Assembly: GCA_043825735.1 (NCBI GenBank)
Contig: JBDRRP010000112.1
Location: forward strand, 1 to 64,000
Length of the DNA: 64,000 bases
Source of the DNA: Pseudomonadota bacterium
GTDB lineage: Bacteria; Desulfobacterota; Desulfobacteria; Desulfobacterales; JBDRRP01
Direction: 5' to 3'
Positions within the stretch are counted from its first letter, which is position 1. Each line of letters begins with the position of its first letter. Position numbers and translations under genes: made by a program. Below the pieces are notes generated by a model. That model was not told where the DNA came from. It did no database searches and saw only the letters and a program-made list of their open reading frames with translations. Positions 58,441-64,000 of the stretch are shown piece after piece.

Positions 58441-58899
58441 TCATGCATTTCCAAAGCTGTCCGCAAATGCATTGAAGGCAGCTTCGCGAAGATCTTCATC
58501 ACTGTTGGCAGGGTCATTTTTAATCATGGCCAACCGCCTACCCCTCTCCAGCAGGAATGAAATATTATAGAGAATCTTCTCCCTGATCAGAAACTCGATG
58601 GCGAACTCCTGCGCGGAATGTGCCCCATTTGGTATTACTGAACTCCCTATCTCGGTGACGAACAGATTTATGCGGTTATTGATATCGCATTGCACCTGAT
58701 CCAATCTTTTACCTTGCATGGGACCCCATACAGCCTGCACAATATAATCATCATCTTCCAGCAGGAGATTTAATGCATTACTCTTCATAACATCATCAAC
58801 TATGCCGGATAACATCGGCCTTATAATGCTGACTATCTACCTTACATCAAACGTATCATGGACAACTGTCATCGCGTTGATATCATTTCTTTCTGGCAT
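58441..58899 (-). CDS. Hypothetical protein; in-frame TAG at 58837-58839 if started at 58899
   Basis: ATG at 58899 with an AAGGA RBS is in frame with ORF 58441-58815. Confidence 0.55.
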
Positions 58900-58912
58900 T
58901 TCTCATCCTTCT

Positions 58913-59983
58913 CTATAAGATATCGATCCCGGGAAGCTCTACTGTAAAACATGTCCCGCTATCAGCCTCGCTCTTGACAGTTATCTTGCCTTTATGCTGG
59001 CTGATTACCTCGCTTACCACAGCAAGACCAATTCCATTGCCGCCATTTTTGCGCGTATAATAAGGATTGAAAATGCGATTTATTTGATCCTCCGGGATTC
59101 CCAAACCGGTATCAGCCACGCTGATCAGTACGGTCCGGTTCTCGTTGTTGTCGGCGCGCGCACTCAATTTCAGGATCTTGAGGGGCTTTCCGTCCATGGC
59201 ATCAATGGCGTTGAGTATGAGATTGTTGAAGGCCTGTTCCAAGTCGTCTCTTGAGCCATTGACATATACATCCACTTTCCCCAACTCTTTTTCCAATACA
59301 ATTTTCTTTGTAACAATCAGACTTTCAAACAACTTAAGAGCACCATTGATAACTTCTATGATATTGATAACTTCAAAATTATTACGATTATTCGATGCAC
59401 CAAGCTTTATGATCCGGCTGTTTAGGGACTTGATTTTATCAGCGGCGTCCATGATTTCCTGAAGATATTTCTTTAGTGTCCCATTATCCTGGAGGCCGAG
59501 CATACCGAGCTCGGCATTCCCTGTAATGGCCATGAGTGGGTTGTTGATCTGGTGCATCAGCCTTGGCAGCAGTTTCTTGAGGTCGTGGGAGTTTGTGTTC
59601 CGAACCATGTGATGCATGGCCCTTTCAATCTCGAGAATTAGGTCATCCAAAGAAAAGGGCTTCTCAATATAACTGTCACACTGGTTACGAAGGGCCTCGA
59701 CAACCAGGTTTTTTTCACCGTATGCAGTCATCATAATGATCGGAAGAGACCTGGTTTTCTCCCGGATCTTTTTCAGCAGATCCATGCCGTTCATATCCGG
59801 CATGGAGAAGTCCGTGACAACGATGTCGATTGCGGCCTGTGAAGGATCGTCCGTTTCTTCGATCCGCTGAAGGGCTTCCTGTGCGCCGGACGTTACGATC
59901 ACGTTGTACCCCTTATTCAATAGCCCGATTTTGAGGCTGCGAAGCTCCTGTGGCTCATCGTCCACGATTAAAACAGTGTTCAC
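58913..59983 (-). CDS. REC-HisKA-HATPase hybrid sensor kinase
   Basis: IVDDE, VTDFSMP, HQINNPL, NAIDA, DTGLGI and GNGIGL motifs. Confidence 0.9.
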   Translation of the reverse strand: MNTVLIVDDEPQELRSLKIGLLNKGYNVIVTSGAQEALQRIEETDDPSQAAIDIVVTDFSMPDMNGMDLLKKIREKTRSLPIIMMTAYGEKNLVVEALRNQCDSYIEKPFSLDDLILEIERAMHHMVRNTNSHDLKKLLPRLMHQINNPLMAITGNAELGMLGLQDNGTLKKYLQEIMDAADKIKSLNSRIIKLGASNNRNNFEVINIIEVINGALKLFESLIVTKKIVLEKELGKVDVYVNGSRDDLEQAFNNLILNAIDAMDGKPLKILKLSARADNNENRTVLISVADTGLGIPEDQINRIFNPYYTRKNGGNGIGLAVVSEVISQHKGKITVKSEADSGTCFTVELPGIDIL

Positions 59984-60047
59984 CTTCCACTCCCGTTCTT
60001 GCTTTTTGTGGGGATCATGATTCTATCGCACTGCTGCAGGAATCCTT

Positions 60048-60063
60048 TACAAAGACTGTGCCA
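60048..60063 (-). promoter_or_regulatory. Candidate sigma-54 promoter
   Basis: TGGCAC-N5-TTGTA on the minus strand (one mismatch at -12). Confidence 0.55.
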
Positions 60064-60264
60064 GGGGGAGGATTACAGGCTATCCATTTGATAATAAACC
60101 AAAAAAGAGATGGAGCCGAATGTTTGCCCCTTCAGGGGACCTGTTATATTCTGTAACAGGTAAAAGGGCACAACAGGCCTGAAACGTCCGTCTCATAAGG
60201 GATTGGGCGTATTGTTACGAAACAGCACAATGGTATGAATTATAACAGGCAGGAGTGAGGCGGG

Positions 60265-61683
60265 TCAGTACGTCCGGTCCTTCAGTTGCCTGGCCAGCCT
60301 TTGCCGGGAGATGCCGAGCAGGCGGGCAGCAGCGGACTGGTTGTTGTTGCATCGCTCGAGGGCCTTTTTGATCAGGCGTTCGGTGGCCTCCTGGAGCGTC
60401 GGGAGGCTGCCGTTCATCGCTTCCATCCGCCGGCTTTCATCTTCAGGCACCGTGGAGTCCTTCGAGGCAGCGGCTTCCTTTTGAAGCCGGCCTTTAAAAT
60501 CTTTGAGAGACAGCTTTCCTGCCTTGTTTCCGGTGACTGCGTCGTAGATCAGGGTCTTAAGTTCACGCACATTTCCCGGAAAAAGATGCCTGAGGAGGGA
60601 CGAGACCACTTCTTCAGGGTATGTGGGGCATACCCTGCCGAGGGACAGAGCGGCTTCTTCTGAAAAATGACCCAACAGGAGCGGTATGTCGTCCGGTCTC
60701 TCGCGGAGGGGAGGGATATGGATATGATGCGTGGAGAGCCTGTAGAAAAGGTCCTGGCGGAAACCGCCCGCATCCCTGAGTTTGGAAAGATCGCGGTTCG
60801 TGGTCGCCACCACACGGGTACCCGCTTTTCTGGCGGTGTCGGAGCCCAGCGGGAAGTATTCACGCTCCTGGAGCAGGCGAAGCAGCTTGACCTGGGATTC
60901 GATCCGGAGATCGCCGATTTCATCAAGGTGGAGTGTGCCGCCGCCGGCCTTTTCCACCAGGCCCTGCCGCGGTTTTTCCGCTCCTGTGAACGCCCCTTTG
61001 GCATGCCCGAACAGGGTATCGGAAAAGACATTGTCATCCAGACCCGCCACGTTGACGGATACAAGCGGGCCGTCCGGAGCGCTTACGGCGTGAACGGCCT
61101 TGACCATCAGCTCTTTGCCGACCCCGGTCTCACCGGTGACAAGGACTGCTTCCCTGCTGGGGCCGATGGATTCGACATATTGAAAGATGGAAAGCATGGC
61201 CCTGTCTCTGGTAAGCATATGTGAAAACGCATCCGGGTTCTGCAACTCCCCTGAAAGCATGTGGTCTTTAAGCCGCCGGGATTGATCCCGGAGCTCTTTG
61301 AGTTCGATGGCCCTCCTGACCCCGGACACCAGCCGGATTTTCTCCACGGGTTTTACCATGTAATCAAGAGCGCCTTTCTTAATACACCTGACGGCCGTAT
61401 CCACTTCATCCATGGCCGTTACAACGATTACGGGGATCTCGGGAAAACGCTCTGCGACAACCGCCAGGATCTCCTCTCCTGAGACAAAGGGCATGGTTAG
61501 ATCGAGGAGGATCGCGTCGTAAGGGTGTTTTGAAAGAAGATGAACCACTTCCCGGCTGTCTTGGCACTCCTCGATATTGCCGATTTCGTTCATGCGCAGG
61601 GTTAGGGAAAAACTCCGGAGGGATTCCTTTTCATCATCCACAATCAGGATGGGGTTGGCAGGAAACGATGACGGTGTATTCAT
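60265..61683 (-). CDS. Sigma-54-dependent response regulator (NtrC family)
   Basis: REC domain, GETGVGKE, GAFTGA, DEIGD, PGNVREL and a Fis-type HTH. Confidence 0.95.
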   Translation of the reverse strand: MNTPSSFPANPILIVDDEKESLRSFSLTLRMNEIGNIEECQDSREVVHLLSKHPYDAILLDLTMPFVSGEEILAVVAERFPEIPVIVVTAMDEVDTAVRCIKKGALDYMVKPVEKIRLVSGVRRAIELKELRDQSRRLKDHMLSGELQNPDAFSHMLTRDRAMLSIFQYVESIGPSREAVLVTGETGVGKELMVKAVHAVSAPDGPLVSVNVAGLDDNVFSDTLFGHAKGAFTGAEKPRQGLVEKAGGGTLHLDEIGDLRIESQVKLLRLLQEREYFPLGSDTARKAGTRVVATTNRDLSKLRDAGGFRQDLFYRLSTHHIHIPPLRERPDDIPLLLGHFSEEAALSLGRVCPTYPEEVVSSLLRHLFPGNVRELKTLIYDAVTGNKAGKLSLKDFKGRLQKEAAASKDSTVPEDESRRMEAMNGSLPTLQEATERLIKKALERCNNNQSAAARLLGISRQRLARQLKDRTY

Positions 61684-63341
61684 GAGGCGGCTCCGGTCTC
61701 TTCCGACAGGAGCGCAGGGAGTGCCACCTTGAAGGTGGACCCACGCCCTTCAGCGCTTTCCACTTCCAGACGACCCCCGTGAAGGTCAACAATCTGCTTG
61801 GCGATGGCCAGCCCCAGCCCCGTCCCTCCAAAACTCCTTTTTGTTGTGAAGAAAGGGTCCGTTATCCTGGGAATATTCTGTTCCGGAATTCCCATCCCCT
61901 CATCGCGGACCATGAACAGGACCTCTTTCTTGTCCTCATCAAACCAGGTTTTCACGAAAACGCCGCTGTTACGAACAGACAGGGCGTCCAATGCATTTGA
62001 GATCAGGTTCAAAAACACCTGTTCGAGTTTGCCGCAGTCGGCCTTGACGGCCGGCAGGCCGTCACCATAGGATATGTCGAACCGTCCGGTTTTTTCCTTG
62101 ATGCGGTGCTTTAGGAAAAGACGCGTGTTCTTTACCGCTTTGTTCATATCCATCGGTATGAGGATCAGCCCGTCCCGTTTGGCGACAAAGTCCTTCAAGA
62201 CACCCACAATCCTCTTGATCCGGTCGGCACTGGAGTTAATGTCTTCCACAAGTCCCGGGATCTCTTCCTTGATTGCGCTGTAGGAAAGTGCCCCTACCGG
62301 AAAGTCCCCGTTGGCTTCACAGTGGCTGTTCAGAATCGGCAAGACAGCGCCCCAGACATCTGACAACGTGGCCGCGTTCAGTGTAATTATGTGGTTCGGG
62401 TTGTTTATCTCGTGAGCGATACCCGCCGCAACCGTGCCCAGGGAAATCAGCTTGTCCGCCTGGGCCATCTCCCGAGCCATCCTGCGCTCTTCGGTGAGAT
62501 CCGCGATTCGAATGATGACATCGCCCGTCTTGCGTCCATGTTCTTCGATTGGATATAGTACAACCCGTTCAATCCTGCCGGGATCGGCAATTCCGTTTCT
62601 TTCCAATGTCAGGTGCTCGCCTCTTGATACAAGTTGTGGCAGGTTGCAGGCCTCCTTCACCTCCGGATCGGCACGACCACAGTCATGACAAAACCTTTTG
62701 TCCCGGGCGAGTCCTATGCCCATGGGCCGGTAATAGTCCGCTGCGGCCTCGTTAAACAGCTTCATGTGCATGTCCCGGTCCACAAGCATCAGGGGCTCCG
62801 ATATGCCCTCAAACACCGACTCGAGCAAGGACTGCTGCGTGCGCAGTTCTTGCTCCGACTGTTTTCGCACAGCGATTTGCTCCTGAAGAGCCTGATTGCT
62901 CTTGGTCAGTTGGGCCGTTCGCGCTTCCACAATCTCTTCCAGATCACGGGTCAGGCGATACAGGTTGAGGTGCGTCTCCACACGGCTTAGGACCTCCTTG
63001 TCTTCAAAGGGCTTGGTCACATAGTCCACCCCGCCCACTTCAAAAGCACGTGTCTTGTGGTTCAACTCTCCAAGGGCGCTGATGAACAGCACGGGAATTT
63101 TACTCAGAACGGGATCGGCTTTCAACCGGCCGCAGACCTCAAAGCCGTCCATTCCCGGCATCAGGATGTCCAACAGAATAATGTCCGGGGGTTTCCTGGC
63201 CGCAGCATTGAGAGCCGCCGCTCCTTCAGGAAAAGCTACCACCCGATACCCCTTGTGTCGCAATATCTCCTGCAGATATCTGAGATTGGCAACCGTGTCA
63301 TCCACCACCATAACCGTATCCCGGGCCGTAGCATTCTTCAT
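61680..63341 (-). CDS. REC-PAS-HisKA-HATPase hybrid sensor kinase
   Basis: LLDILMP, AHEINNP, NALDA, DEGMGI and GTGLGL motifs. Confidence 0.9.
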   Translation of the reverse strand: MKNATARDTVMVVDDTVANLRYLQEILRHKGYRVVAFPEGAAALNAAARKPPDIILLDILMPGMDGFEVCGRLKADPVLSKIPVLFISALGELNHKTRAFEVGGVDYVTKPFEDKEVLSRVETHLNLYRLTRDLEEIVEARTAQLTKSNQALQEQIAVRKQSEQELRTQQSLLESVFEGISEPLMLVDRDMHMKLFNEAAADYYRPMGIGLARDKRFCHDCGRADPEVKEACNLPQLVSRGEHLTLERNGIADPGRIERVVLYPIEEHGRKTGDVIIRIADLTEERRMAREMAQADKLISLGTVAAGIAHEINNPNHIITLNAATLSDVWGAVLPILNSHCEANGDFPVGALSYSAIKEEIPGLVEDINSSADRIKRIVGVLKDFVAKRDGLILIPMDMNKAVKNTRLFLKHRIKEKTGRFDISYGDGLPAVKADCGKLEQVFLNLISNALDALSVRNSGVFVKTWFDEDKKEVLFMVRDEGMGIPEQNIPRITDPFFTTKRSFGGTGLGLAIAKQIVDLHGGRLEVESAEGRGSTFKVALPALLSEETGAAS

Positions 63342-64000
63342 CCGGCGCCCCCCCCTTTCGCAGCAAGCAGCGCGTTGAGGCGAGGGTAGTCGAATACATC
63401 GGCCAGGTGGCGCAACGTCCTTACCGATTCCGGATGGGACTCGGCCGCCTGCCCGAGCAGTTCCGTGAACAGATCCATATCGCCTTCCTCAACCGCCTGT
63501 CTCAGCTTCGCCCGCAGCTCTTCGGGCAGATCAGATGCTGTTTCCGTCGCGGACAAATCAGAACCATGTATCGGCTGCGCATATCCGGCTGTTATTTGGA
63601 TGCGCCGCCCCCTGGACACGTCACCCTTATCGCCGGGGATGCACTGCAATTGGACATCAAAACAATAAAGGCTTCTTTTCCCCGCCCGGCTCTCGATCCT
63701 GATGTCTCCTCCCATCTTTCGTACGTATTCCCGAGCGATCACCAGCCCAAAGCCAAGTCGATCCGGTATACTGCTCCCCGCGTTGTGTGCTAAAGGGTCA
63801 AATAATCCGATCTGCAAATCCTCGGCAACCCCTGCACTGCCGGCCTCAAACTCGAACATGATTCGAGCCGGCGCCCCGTCATCGAGAACTCCCCCAGCCG
63901 CAACTTCCTTCCATACCCGCAATGAGACTCCGCCTTGATCGGTAAATTGCAATGAGTATTCCAGCAGGTTTTCAAGGGCCAGTCTTAACTTCGGTCTGTC
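63338..64000 (-). CDS. C-terminal part of a histidine-kinase-like protein with a degenerate HATPase, running off the right edge
   Basis: The frame is open to the edge: D.PKLRLALENLLEYSLQFT..GGV..LGFGLVIAREYVRKMGGDI.IESR.GK. Confidence 0.7.
   Translation of the reverse strand, partial: DRPKLRLALENLLEYSLQFTDQGGVSLRVWKEVAAGGVLDDGAPARIMFEFEAGSAGVAEDLQIGLFDPLAHNAGSSIPDRLGFGLVIAREYVRKMGGDIRIESRAGKRSLYCFDVQLQCIPGDKGDVSRGRRIQITAGYAQPIHGSDLSATETASDLPEELRAKLRQAVEEGDMDLFTELLGQAAESHPESVRTLRHLADVFDYPRLNALLAAKGGGAG

Overview
This window looks like chromosome from a GC-rich anaerobic deltaproteobacterium (Desulfobacterota-like; inferred from gene content). Bases 1-36,700 are mostly housekeeping: an NdvB-like glucan synthase, queDECF, fatty-acid activation genes, dksA, an AsmA-like protein, mscS, a gshB-like ligase, an Rrf2 regulator, mntP, dodecin and tRNA-Val(CAC). 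Many intergenic spacers there hold a modular, strand-biased family of repeats (mini-hairpins plus 7/8/9-nt tandem arrays). The same region has an IR-flanked Y1/RAYT transposase, a likely AhpD-type selenoprotein (CxxU with a SECIS-like hairpin) and an unannotated 40-aa basic ORF. Bases ~36,900-49,750, with remnants to ~54,100, form a lower-GC accessory island. It contains three nucleases, a membrane-PilZ protein, a Crp/Fnr-Isf-rubredoxin module, a frameshifted non-IntI tyrosine recombinase, four copies of a ~100-250 bp non-coding element, an attC-like remnant, MITEs and a toxin-antitoxin pair. Three copies of the non-coding element end in integron-core-like GTT motifs. The window ends in a sigma-54/two-component/chemotaxis cluster. 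The best candidates for undescribed systems are the recombinase plus repeated non-coding element with cassette-like genes, and the RAYT plus modular repeat mosaics. All functional calls come from motif recognition by eye; no database searches were run.
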